From: Phoronis australis
Lineage: Eukaryota; Animalia; Phoronida
NCBI GenBank assembly: GCA_002633005.1
Contig: NMRA01000004.1
Location: forward strand, 935,793-999,792
Length of the DNA stretch: 64,000 nt
Reading direction: 5' to 3'
The notes below the pieces were generated by a model. It saw only the letters and a program-made list of their open reading frames with translations, was not told where the DNA came from and did no database searches. Position 1 is the stretch's first letter. Each line of letters opens with the position of its first letter. Shown piece after piece: positions 50,911 through 62,888 of this stretch. The position numbers were made by a program, and so were the translations under genes.

Positions 50911-53900
50911 TGAATTTTGTTTTTTTCTTTGCCGCTGATGTCGCTGGTGCGGATCAGAGCGCCTTCTAGTGGGAAAGTCAGCCGTTACTGGCATAACAAT
51001 ATCTGATGTCTGGTGGCTGTGAGTTTTTGAGACTGCTAGATACAACATCATTTGGTTCTCCGTCAAAGATGAAGGAAACCGGTATATTTAAACCAATTCT
51101 GGATATGAAAATCGTGATTTTTCTGCTTCGAAAACTAGCGTAACCGGGGGGCTAAGTGGTTCACTAAATGGGGTCCGCCTCAGAGAAACAAAAAAACGAA
51201 AAATGAAGAGACCGTGACAAATGTCCACTAAAAAGGCAGAAATTCAGCGAATGCACAATTCATAGCTGTGAACGTATCCAGTTTTTTTTTTTTTTTTGTA
51301 AAAGGTCCACATTCTCCAAAAATTCAAACCCCCCTCTATATCAGACTGGATCATAGTGCGCGCATGTGTAACATGATAGGAAAGATAAATCATTAGACAG
51401 TGATCACCACTGATGCTCGCACCCGGCAGGGTCGTAGACCGGAGCAAGGTTCGGGGGCATGGCTCGTCAAACGCCAGCACCTCATTTCACAAAGTGGGAA
51501 AAAAGTCCGCCTCAGTGAAACAAAATTTCAAAAAAGTAGATAAAACGAGACAAAAGTCCACTAGGTAGGAATTACAAAAGTTTGGCGAATGCACAATTCA
51601 CGTTTCCCTGAACGCCCCCCCCCCCNTTCTAAAACATCCTCCCCCATTTTTAAGATGGGTGCGCGCATGATCACAGACATGCCACGGCATACTCGAGCCA
51701 TGATAGAACTCTATCCCTGCAGTGGAATGTCAATTCTGATCTCGCGGCCGCCGTGTGACTGGAGGTTGCATTACGTATGCGTTAGAGTTGTTTGCATTTG
51801 TTTGTTCCGCTGTGTACTTGCTATGGAATTTACTGTCATTAAAACTTTTTGCAACTCCTCCGCTTTTCAACCGAATCGCATCAGAGCCATTTCATTAGAA
51901 AGCCCTTTGTCAGTTTTTGACGATTAAGACCGGAAGCAAAAGATAAACAATAAGTAATTATCATTTCGCATACGTGACTCATTTGAAAATATTTTTTAAT
52001 TCTAAAAACCAAGTGTTACCAAAATGAGAAAAATAACAGCGTGTGGTACGTGTAACATAAAAAATGAATCAGATAGGTTATATAAATATTTATTAAATAA
52101 CTTCAATGCTCCAAAAAACTTCTACCCTATCAAGACAAAGGATAGAATATGGATTCCTCACACTTGCTATGGATAATATAGTCAGGCATTCATCCAAAAT
52201 TATGCATCTTCACGTGCATATATTGTGATTAACTGCACCTTTGGTGCCGTTTGATGAAGTTATACTGTTCAGTAAAAATTCAGAATGCAGTGACCTTACG
52301 AAAAATGCCGAGCGATAAACTACTCCAAGTATCTATCCGAAATTAGTAGACACAGGTTTTCTGATAGAGAAAAAAATGGGTGAATATCTATCACGTAGCT
52401 TTGAAATGCACCATATATAGCTCATCACATTGTTTGCAGTGTAGGACTTTTCATCAAAGGTTCTTCAAAAGTTAATGACCTCGATTATGTATACAACAGA
52501 CAACGGAACATAGTTTTGCGACTGTTATGTTACTAAAGAAAACGGACCTCTGGATAATAATCATATTCATAAAAAGAGACGTTGTTATTTTGAACACCTG
52601 CTGTTGCCACGTTCAACATTTAACGGAACAGCTGGATTGAAAAGAGGGGCTTCAGGATAACTGAGGGACATCTGGATCTAAGCCAAAACGTGGTGAGGCG
52701 AAATGTTCGCAGCAACAAAAAGACATACCGACAACATTTTACTTTTTCGTCGAACGGGATATGAAACACCCAAAAATGCCCTACAGAGTTAATTGTTGTT
52801 GTTTTTATAATTGAATGGAAAACTGAGGGTGCCGCAAAAAACATGAAACGTTCGCTATTTTTTTCTTTAAAATAGAGCGGGAAAATATGGCCATGTCGCT
52901 TGGGAAATTACAATATTACCGGTATCAGATAATATGTCGATTTGGCCGTGTGTCAAAAAAACGGCGCGTTTAGATGGTGTGGCGAATGGCAGAAAAACTT
53001 CAAAAAATTGAGACAGCCCACCGTGAGCGGGGCAACTGTACGCTGTCAGCATCACGAAGTACTGAACTGAGTTCCTTTACAAGATAAACTTTTCATTTTT
53101 TCAATCATATTTCACTGGTATAGGCAAATACATATAGATACAGTAGGCCTACTTCTCAGAAATCTTGCCTAAACCGTCAGGCCTCATGTAATGTAACTTC
53201 TTACAGTGACATACTGTAACATGATTTTAACACCCAAAAATGTCTTGTTGAAAAACTCCTGGCATGTACATTGTCATAGGTTGTCGAAAGTGGTTCTACT
53301 GGGATTCTTATGGTTTACAATATCGTAACCGACCTCCTGTTACTGTAGGATTATGACTGAGATGCAAATTTTATGACAGTACAAAGTCTAATTTAGGTTT
53401 TTGTTTTTAAGTCAGACCAACAGGGCGGAATGCAACTTTAAAGGCATTACATATAGGTCGTTCTCGCACCTTATTAGTGGGTAAATGACAGATATTTATG
53501 GGATTTTGGAATTTCAAAAGTAAAAACTATTGTCCATCTGGCGAACCACTTCGTCACACCCAGGTGGCACAACATGCCAGCATTACAACATTGCCCACGT
53601 CCGTGTTTTTTTTAGAGTTCCACCCTCACTGAACATCATGACTGACCTGATTTGTGACCCCTACGGACATATTTCCAGCGACCATGTGCGGCACCACGGT
53701 TTTGTGAACGATGAGAAATAAATTTGCATCACGCCTGTCCCCCTACATTTGCCTATTGTACAAAAATCATGTAAACTGTCAGAGACATCGATGCTTTTCA
53801 TTAACTAAACGTACACTGTAGAGTCTCGTGTGAGTGTTGCAAATCATAACAAAGACCAGCAACACGCGTCCTGCATGATTCTTCAATTTTTACTTGTATG

Positions 53901-56900
53901 ACGATCGTGGTGATTTACTGTGAGGACCGTTACCTGTATAATGTACAGTACTCAGTTTTTTTGTGAAATTGGCCTCGATCAAATTGCTGCTTAGTCAAAA
54001 TAGGTGCGTATTCTGGCCTTGGAAAGAACTACGGCGTGATCTGAATTTTTATCTTAGCCTGAAGAAACTGATAAGTAATAAACTATGTATACGTACTCTC
54101 TGACCCAAATGAGATCAAAGAACAAGACCCGAAGTGACCTAAATCAAAACGTGTACATGTATTTTTGACAGAAAGCATGGGTTTATGGCCGCTTTAAAAG
54201 CTGTAAAGTTAATTGAACGTGTCAAGCTTTATAACGCCAAGTGGACTAAATCGAAACTTTTTTTTCTTTTTTTGACAAAATGCATGCGTTTAATCCGGCT
54301 TTAAGTTTTTTAAGTTTGATGTACAGACCAGAATCGGTTCGGAAATTGAAGGGACTGGTTCCCGCGGCACTGTACCAAGCGAAATTCATCAAGTTGGTCA
54401 TTACGGTGGAAGGTGCAATAGCGTCGACATTTGTGTCCAGTCGGGGTTTAACTTGATCCAAAGTACTGTGACAAAAGGGGTGTGCCTGAAAGTGCGAATT
54501 TTATGAGGAACCTAATATCTTTGTCCCCCGGCAGCCAAGTTTTTCCTCTCACGGTTATGGACCTTCGGTATCTGGAAAGTGGCCATTGTCAAACTCCTCC
54601 GTCTTAAGGAAACAGATCGGTTGGCGTCACTGACATACATGTAGGCAGTAAATCAAGTGGGCAAAGAGAAAGTCTTCTGAGCATGACCAAAGCTGTAACG
54701 TCGAGGCGAATTCAGTCGTCTATGGACCCATACATGCTGATCCTTTCCGCCAATAGAGAAAAAGTAATTGTCAATATGCAAATTTTACGCTAACAGCATG
54801 TACGTGGACGAAAAAGAGTACAATCTATCCAGCGAAGTCCTTGGCACATCAAAGGCTTGATGGCACCGTCATGCACACGATCAACATGAATGTTTTTACG
54901 ACATTGAAACGTAAATAGTAGCAGTCTTTGAAATTTTAACATCGATGCATTATAAGAGAATTTAGCAAATAGGTTTTCTTCAGCATCGCGGCTAAGTCAC
55001 GAGTATTTTAATTAAAATTTGTGAATGGATTAAGACGGGTTAGTCACAGTCTGGTTTGGGCTCGCTCAGGCGTTGGGGTAATAAAACCCCAAATGTTAGC
55101 GTACGAGTTGTCTCATGTTATATTTGCAATAAAATATGTAATTGCGGGTTGTTTTTTTCACTTAACTAATTGTGTGCCATTTTAACAATTAAGCAAATTA
55201 AAGTGAATGCTTGAAGGTTTTATAAACCAGTATTTACCTACCTAAACTTGTATATAGGCCTATATGCCAGCCATTGCGAATGCCGGTTTAAAGTTGTTGG
55301 TTGTCAAGCTCGACTTTGTTCGACGATGTGTATTAGCATTGAAATCTATTTTTCCCTAACAAGAAGACTCGTACACCGCCCACTCCCAAAGCGCATATTT
55401 TGTGCAAATCGCGATAACTGTCACAGTAAATGAGCCTTATAAGTGAAGCCAGAAATTTTCCCCAAATAAACCCTTATTCTTGTGGCAAGTACATGACGAT
55501 ATTTTTTTTTATTACGAAATGAATGAAATCTCAAACATTTGGTGTAACTGTAATTTCCATACATCATTAGTTGTAGTTCCACTAACATCCTTGCTGGTGG
55601 AGAGCTTTATGCTTCTGGAACGCTGTCGTTTCGCTTTGAAAGTTTTCTTTCAAAAAACATTCACAAATCTTCTGGTTTAGCGCTATCCAACAAGGCCGAC
55701 TTAGAGGGAGCCTGCTCCACCCGCCTCCATAGCATGACAAAAACTGATGACACTGTTTTTCAGGACTATCGCGTTATTGTAGTCCGCCCTCGCTGCTCTA
55801 GACCCCCGTGGTGACTTACATAGAGGAGTAGCCAACATACAGAGTTTCTAAATCAGTTATAAACGCCTTTGGGACCCGAGGGGTCCGACACCCCTCCCCC
55901 CTCCGAACGCTATATGTAAAAAGCTAATGTAACAACGCCTGTAGCACAATATTAAGCCAATCATAATATTCCTCTTTTAAGAATGGTAAAATTGGAAAAA
56001 TATGATGGCGTCTGCAAACCTGTGTCTGGCTCAATAAAAAGGATTGAACTAATAATGAAGTATCCTAAAGTTGTACCTCTTCCCGAAAACGACAGCCTGG
56101 ATAACACAGAGTAAATATTATACATGTAGACAGACCGGCATGTTCCAAGGCTCCCGAGTATTTGAATTAAAATCCCCCTAAACTAATAAAGAAATCGAAA
56201 ATTGAAAACTTGATCATTCACTGTAGGTTTCGTGGAGAACTCCAACTTTAAAGTTTCTCGTGTCATACGAATACCAGTCGTCTACCGCCGCCGATCGACT
56301 CGGGGACCAACATGGCGGGATCGCTTCATCAGTTAATCCGTCGGAACTGAGGAGCAAGTTCCTAATAATTTCCAGAGTCACGTCGGAGGCACCGGAGCTA
56401 TTTTATGTCGCATCCCATACAATGCTCGCCGATTCATTAACGTCCAGCTCAATGCCACACAATGGAGAAATATTTGTTTTGGACCAGCACTGAGTAGTCA
56501 TGAACCCATGACACTTTTGTATAGCCGGGATCTGTTTAGTTTCCAGGCTAAAATTGGACATGTGTCAATCTGATTTGTTATCATCGAAATTCCAACAGAC
56601 TCATTGAAAATCACCAAATGTACGTTTATTTTAGACGCACGCTGTTCACAAAGCAATTAACAGAATTCTAGGCTCAAAATGCAACAGGAATCGATTGGAT
56701 AGCTACTGAACACATCTTGCTGAACATCAACTTTAGAAAAGAAACATTTTACTACAGCACACCCTATCAAGCTAAAATTGAAGTACATTCATACACAAAC
56801 GTACATATAGCATACCTCATAGGTTAAACAGGACGCCATTTCCTGGAAAACTAATCCCTGAAATCCGTTTAACCAGTGATGCATTGTCACTAATCTAAAT

Positions 56901-57449
56901 TACCTGTTGACATGAAATTAGTCGCACTGAGGTACAGATGGTCATAGAACGTATAAATTATGATTTAAATTGGTACAAAATTACAACTAGTAGGTAATAC
57001 ATTCCAAACAACGACAACGACTATTAGACACTAATCGACCAATAGAAAATGTCTATAAAAATGAACACACGACTGAATTGATACAGTGATATACATGTAG
57101 CTGTCGGTACTTCAAGTATTTGTGAAGGAAACGTTAAGGGAACATCATTGGCCATCAGTCCCAGCGGTCGTAGCCTAACTCTTCTGCTGTAGTAGTTCAA
57201 TTTCAGTCGATAAATAGCATCAATTTAAAAATATTTAACGGGTAAAATCGCCGTGGTTGAATTCAACGAATGTCTATGAAACAACAGAGAGAATTGTCGA
57301 TTTCTAATATAAGTTAAAAAACATCAGGTTTTGTCGCTTAATAACCTTGGCCAAAGCTAATCATTTCAAGAACTCTACCTCGTCCAGTAGTAAATTTAGA
57401 GACGCTGAGCTTAGCTAATAGCGAAATATATCAAATAAACACAGAAAAA

Positions 57450-57530
57450 TGGGAACTACAACTGGGAATCGAACCACAGATCTCTATGTTGCCGCGGTAT
57501 AGTGCTCTTACCACTGAGGTACTGAAGATC
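57450..57530 (-). mobile_element. tRNA-derived SINE head or tRNA pseudogene downstream of the ACE stop codon
   Basis: Minus strand TACCTCAGTGGTAAGAGC (A box) ... GGTTCGATTCCC (B box); anticodon arm irregular. Confidence 0.55.
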
Positions 57531-57901
57531 TGTAAAATATTACTATTCGCAGTCAACTGTTATCACTAAAACACAATTTGGCCGAAAAACCGATCATGTC
57601 CTATTAACGCGAAAATGATCGTGTTTGTACCGACGTATAAGTTGTGGAGAGAAACAACGCCCGGTATGGCCACGAATCACACCTAACTAGATCTTGGTTA
57701 TATGTATGCGAAAAATCCTGACACTCAATGTTTCCAAAAAGAAAGATGCCACGCAGCAGACGTTTGGCGGGATAATTTGTAAGACACAGCAGGACTCAAA
57801 ATGGCGGTTATTGTTACGACAACTGTTCTTATTCTTTGTTAAACTATTAGGTTCTGCACCGTTTGAAAGTTAACAAACGAGCAATTTTGCATTGAGACGT
57901 T

Positions 57902-58166
57902 TTAAGTTGTACAAAAGTAGACGATGCAGAAGGCCAACAGAGACGTGAGAGAGAAAAGCGAGGACAACCCCGAAGCCGAGTTAATATACGGGAACGAGGG
58001 GCACGCGTCTTCCCATCCGATAGTTTCACCTTTGTTCTGTTCCTTCAGCCAATCAATAAGGGGTTTGAAGTAGTCAATTATTGCGGTCGCGTCCAGGTCT
58101 TTTCCCCCCGTGATCTTTTCCAGCGCAACGGGCCAGTCTTCGGACGATCCTAGCTTCAGCATGTCT
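57902..58166 (-). CDS. ACE: ACE-like terminal exon
   Basis: [21 protein letters not shown]...[20 protein letters not shown]...hydrophobic tail then stop; minus-strand AATAAA at 56625-56630. Confidence 0.92.
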
Positions 58167-61100
58167 CTGTAAGAACACATGGAATTTGCGTCATTGCCAT
58201 ACTATGCAGGCAGAAATTGTCACAACAGTTTTTGCGTGTGACCATTTGGACCTGCTGTGCCGAACTACATTGTCACAGTTTTGAAGATGTGACAATTTGG
58301 GACATTGTGACAATTTTAGACCAACACGGCGCACCGAGATTGCTCGACTCGAACCACAGGACGCATAAAATTAAATCACAATCACGCTGCTTTGGTGTGT
58401 CTTAAAACAGCAACCGAACAAACCTATTGTCAGCCATCACAACAACGTTGTCAGGGCCGGGGTCAAGCATATTTCGACAATACAAAGATTTCCAACTGCG
58501 TATTTATGTGCTTCGTTTGTAGTTAGCTGTTTAGTCCAACCCATAGGTCATCTAAATTCGCCCACAGATTTGAGACCTGCCGTATATATGGAAAATATCA
58601 CCAACAGCTTCATGTAATCGAGTGCGTTTATTGATCCAACCTAAAACGTGTAACAGCATATTAATGACCGAGTTTGGTCTGGCTGATTTTATCGGAAAGC
58701 TATTTCATTGCTTCACAAATTAGTAAATTAAATGATTTTGTGCAGAACTCGTTCGTAATTTCATCACTTTTATTTCGAATTCCGCGGTAAACTGGCAATT
58801 TCATTTTTTTATTTGGCTGCTTTCCCAGATAATTTGGACAGGCGGTTTAAACATGACTGTTAGATCCTAAGCAGGCGACGCCGACTGAACCAGATAAACA
58901 CCATTTAAAGACCGAAAACCACTAGGCAAAATGCATATGCGTGCAAATTCATTCTTATTGCAGCACAAATAAATGAGAATACGTGTACGTTAAATGCGAA
59001 TATTTAGCCTAGAAAGCGAACCATTATATCCAGGCTTCTAACTATAAAACAATGACTTACTTAAGGAAAACGTAATATTGAGAAAAAAAGTAAATAAAAC
59101 AAAATAAAAGAACAAAATCATATGGTAATAAAGGAGAACGTGTTAACAAGAGAATAATATGAAAAAATATTAAACAAAATAAAAAGCTCAGTGTAGAAAT
59201 TAAGGCAGTTCCCTATTATGACACATTAAAATAAAATCACTAACATTTCTAAGTAACTGAGCATTACAGTCGTGATTTAAATTATGACAACCATACATAA
59301 CAGAAAACTATTTTTTCATGCTATTTCTAAGATTTTGAAAATCTGATGGTTGGATTGCAGGTTGCAAAACAGCTGTTCACGTTCACCTTTATAGACGGGT
59401 CATGAGACCAAATTGTGAGCATCACTATTAATTGCACCACAGGTACACTTATGAACAACTGGCAAAGTTAAAGTAGAACATCTTTGAATTGAGGTACAAC
59501 CCGACCGCAATTGGTTAACGAGAATTTCTTTTTTTCACGCAATAAACATAATGGAGTAGTAGGAAGAGGTGTGACACTATCACGTTTAAGAAATGATTTA
59601 GTGCAGTTTTTTAAGCTTGGCATGGAGTGGGCTACATTAAGTTCCATTGGAAAACTACACGTATTCCGGCAACAGATGAGTTTTCCTTAATGACTTTACA
59701 CGTCATTAACGCAAAGTGGATCAGCACAAAAGTCTGCACGAAGACAGTCTGCCCATGTTCGGATTAACCACGCCAAACGTCTAAAACACTTCACAGTTCA
59801 CAACCACATTTTTTCAAGGTTCGAGTTGGCAAACCCACTGCCGGTCGCCACCAACCATTCAGCCCCTGATCGCTACACCCCTACCTCCGTCATCGACAAT
59901 CCCATTAATCATACCAGGAGCACTTAATGCTATTGTTTTTAGTTTGTTTCCAGAATTATTACCCGAGTAGCTTTCCAGCATCTGTTGACCGATAGATGTC
60001 GCATTTGTGTAAAGCCTCTGTCTGACCGGCTGCCTTACACAGAGCCCGATGGAACTGGAACTGCAGTACGTAGCTCACGAAGTACCTGGTAACACAATGC
60101 GTAATCAATAGAACTTGCAATATTACAAAGTGCTTTAGAAATGTCTGGTTCCATCTGCAACACATTAATACCATTTTCCAGTATAAACACTGTGGCGATT
60201 CGGCGCAATTGCAGGTGTAGGCCTGAAAACGACATTAAAATGAGAGACACATCATGCTGTGCTGATTTTTTACCCAAAACTGCTTCTGTCATCTACTATT
60301 GCAAATTAGTACTTCCTTGAAAAGAGGAAAGCTGTGTTCAGCTAAAACCTTGTCTTGACTGTGTCACAAAATGAACTCGATGTTTGAAGACACGCAGCGC
60401 CCTCCCGGCTCATTCATTAACTGGCTCGAAGCGTTAGTGGCGATTTTATAAGCAATTTTTGAACTTGAATAACGTAGAAAATATATATCTGAAACTAAAT
60501 AAGGCGATCCAGATCCTCCCAAGGATACTATTGTTTCAAGAAATGAAGAATATAAATCGGTAAATAAAACAACAAGAATGGATCAACTGAAATTTGAAAT
60601 TTTCGGATGTAACAACTTCCTTTATCAACAAAAACAGAAATAAAGTAAAATCAAACACAAAATGACAATTGACATATAAGATATGGTGTAATGAAAATGA
60701 TACATTTTTGCGTAAAAAATTCAATGACATATTTTAAGAAGTTTTTATGTTCAATCCATGAGGTTCTATTGTATTCAGTTTGTCTATCCAATATTGTTCT
60801 CTTTTAAGTCTGTGAGGGGTACTGGGGTGTTGGAGTTTTTCTATTATTTGTACAGAAAGATCTTGAATATTATGGTTTTTGGAATTGAAATGATTACCTA
60901 TAGTATCAGAAATGTTTTTATGTATTATGTTAAATCTATGATTACGAAACCGAGTTTGTAGATTATGTTGAGTTTGTCCTACGTATTGGATAGAACATTT
61001 TTTACAAGTTATAAGGTAAATAATATTGTTGGTGGTGCAATCAGAATAATGTTTTATTTCAAAGTTTTCATTGGTTTGGGAAGACTGGAAAAANNNNNNN

Positions 61101-62383
61101 NNNNNNNNNNNNNNNNNNNNNNNNNNNNNNNNNNNNNNNNNNNNNNNNNNNNNNNNNNNNNNNNNNNNNNNNNNNNNNNNNNNNNNNNNNNNNNNNNNNN
61201 NNNNNNNNNNNNNNNNNNNNNNNNNNNNNNNNNNNNNNNNNNNNNNNNNNNNNNNNNNNNNNNNNNNNNNNNNNNNNNNNNNNNNNNNNNNNNNNNNNNN
61301 NNNNNNNNNNNNNNNNNNNNNNNNNNNNNNNNNNNNNNNNNNNNNNNNNNNNNNNNNNNNNNNNNNNNNNNNNNNNNNNNNNNNNNNNNNNNNNNNNNNN
61401 NNNNNNNNNNNNNNNNNNNNNNNNNNNNNNNNNNNNNNNNNNNNNNNNNNNNNNNNNNNNNNNNNNNNNNNNNNAAAACCATAATATTCAAGATCTTTCT
61501 GTACAAATAATAGAAAAACTCCAACACCCCAGTACCCCTCACAGACTTAAAAGAGAACAATATTGGATAGACAAACTGAATACAATAGAACCTCATGGGT
61601 TGAACATAAAAACTTCTTAAAATATGTTATTGAATTTTTTACGCAAAAATGTATCATTTTCATTACACCATATCTTATATGTCAATTGTCATTTTGTGTT
61701 TGATTTTACTTTATTTCTGTTTTTGTTGATAAAGGAAGTTGTTACATCCGAAAATTTCAAATTTCAGTTGATCCATTCTTGTTGTTTTATTTACCGATTT
61801 ATGAACTTGAATCAAATTTTTGAGAATTGCAGAAGGTCTACAGAACATTATTTCCTTTAAAAATAAACGTGTTAAGACATAGAAGGATTAATATCAGACA
61901 ACAGTCAAAATCCGGGTTTTCATCCTTTTTAAATAGTAAAACACTCGCCTGAGGTACATGGTGCACTGTTTAATTAAACAGAGTTTGGGAGCACTTACAA
62001 CCAGTTGTAAGTTTTGATAAAACTATCCAGTTAGACCACCGCATAAAAAGTCGTGAAGTTACGACATTATCGTGAAATTATGCTCCAGGTCAATATTGTG
62101 AACTCAAGTGAGACTAACACCGTCTGTTTTCACTAAGCCATTTCTGACTTCGTTTAGGAACGTCCTTTGTAGGTTTTTACTCCAAACTGGAAGGCAATGA
62201 GACGCCGCACTTAGATTTAGCTCGGCGATGTCATGCGGCTTTAATTCCGGTAATACATGTAATGGCGCCAAAGCCTTGTCGTACCTGATATATGGAGTGT
62301 TCGCAGGAATGTGGTATTTTGCACCTGGATCAAAATCTGCTTCGCTCCTCTTCACAGGTGGTGCTAGACCTTGGTATTTACAC
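57902..62383 (-). CDS. ACE: Angiotensin-converting enzyme-like peptidase (M2 family), last three exons; 5' part lies beyond the window
   Basis: Exons 62285-62383, 59963-60085, 57902-58166 with motifs [69 protein letters not shown]. Confidence 0.93.
59963..60085 (-). CDS. ACE: ACE-like exon
   Basis: [40 protein letters not shown](G). Confidence 0.93.
60593..60632 (-). ncRNA. Minimal hammerhead ribozyme motif in the Penelope 3' region
   Basis: Same motif as 35-74, on the strand that encodes GIY-YIG, about 100 nt after the stop codon. Confidence 0.6.
60734..61093 (-). CDS. Penelope GIY-YIG endonuclease C-terminal fragment (open frame running into the gap)
   Basis: [53 protein letters not shown]...[18 protein letters not shown]...[21 protein letters not shown]. 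Confidence 0.85.
   Translation of the reverse strand, partial: FFQSSQTNENFEIKHYSDCTTNNIIYLITCKKCSIQYVGQTQHNLQTRFRNHRFNIIHKNISDTIGNHFNSKNHNIQDLSVQIIEKLQHPSTPHRLKREQYWIDKLNTIEPHGLNIKTS
61094..61474. other. Assembly gap (N run)
   Basis: N bases at the centre of the inverted Penelope pair. Confidence 0.99.
61722..61761 (+). ncRNA. Minimal hammerhead ribozyme motif in the Penelope 3' region
   Basis: TTTG TTGATAA A GGAAGTTGTTACATCC GAA AATT T CAAA. Confidence 0.6.
62285..62383 (-). CDS. ACE: ACE-like exon
   Basis: [32 protein letters not shown](R). Confidence 0.93.
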
Positions 62384-62692
62384 CTGTACGTGATAAATAC
62401 TTAATGTTAGATTCCATCAGCCGAAAAAATATATTTTCGGGATGCCGTTGTTCATGTCAATCAAATGTCTTTAAAACATTTGCCCTACAGATTTTTAAAA
62501 AACTAACACTGTGATTATTTTTCTAAAAATCCCGATGAAAGATTAGCACTCAAATATACTGACAACTCGCTGGTCCTTTGTGTTGGTATTTAAAACTAAA
62601 ATTTTTCGTCTAACGAAATACACAGGGGTCATGTACGTTGAACAATCAAGTCAAAATCAAACTTATGAATTCCCGGACATAACGTTAGGCCC

Positions 62693-62888
62693 TGCGCAGA
62701 CGGACAGCTACGAGTTTAACTGGCTCACCGGTCGTTAGCTCAAGTCATGACAAGAAATTGGAGTGCGACCACAAATGAATAAACTAGCGCTAGTTCTCTC
62801 ACTTGTTCACGTCTTCACAGTGAGCTATCGGCTCATTCAACATTCATTCGAGGCAGTCAGATGAGCTCGTAGCACACCGTCTACGCAA
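62693..62888. mobile_element. Small MITE in an ACE intron
   Basis: TGCGCAGACGGACAGCTACGAG versus inverted CTCGTAGCACACCGTCTACGCA. Confidence 0.55.

Larger units (their letters stand above)
60471..61801. mobile_element. Penelope-like retroelement, inverted pair of 3' ends spanning an N gap
   Basis: 60471-61093 (minus) and 61475-61801 (plus) are near-identical inverted copies, flanked by the 11-bp direct repeat TGAACTTGAAT (60460-60470 and 61802-61812). The element encodes a GIY-YIG domain. Confidence 0.88.

Noticed and set aside
57450-57530. Functional tRNA gene
   Set aside because: A and B boxes are present, but the acceptor and anticodon stems do not pair properly, so it is better explained as a SINE head or pseudogene.
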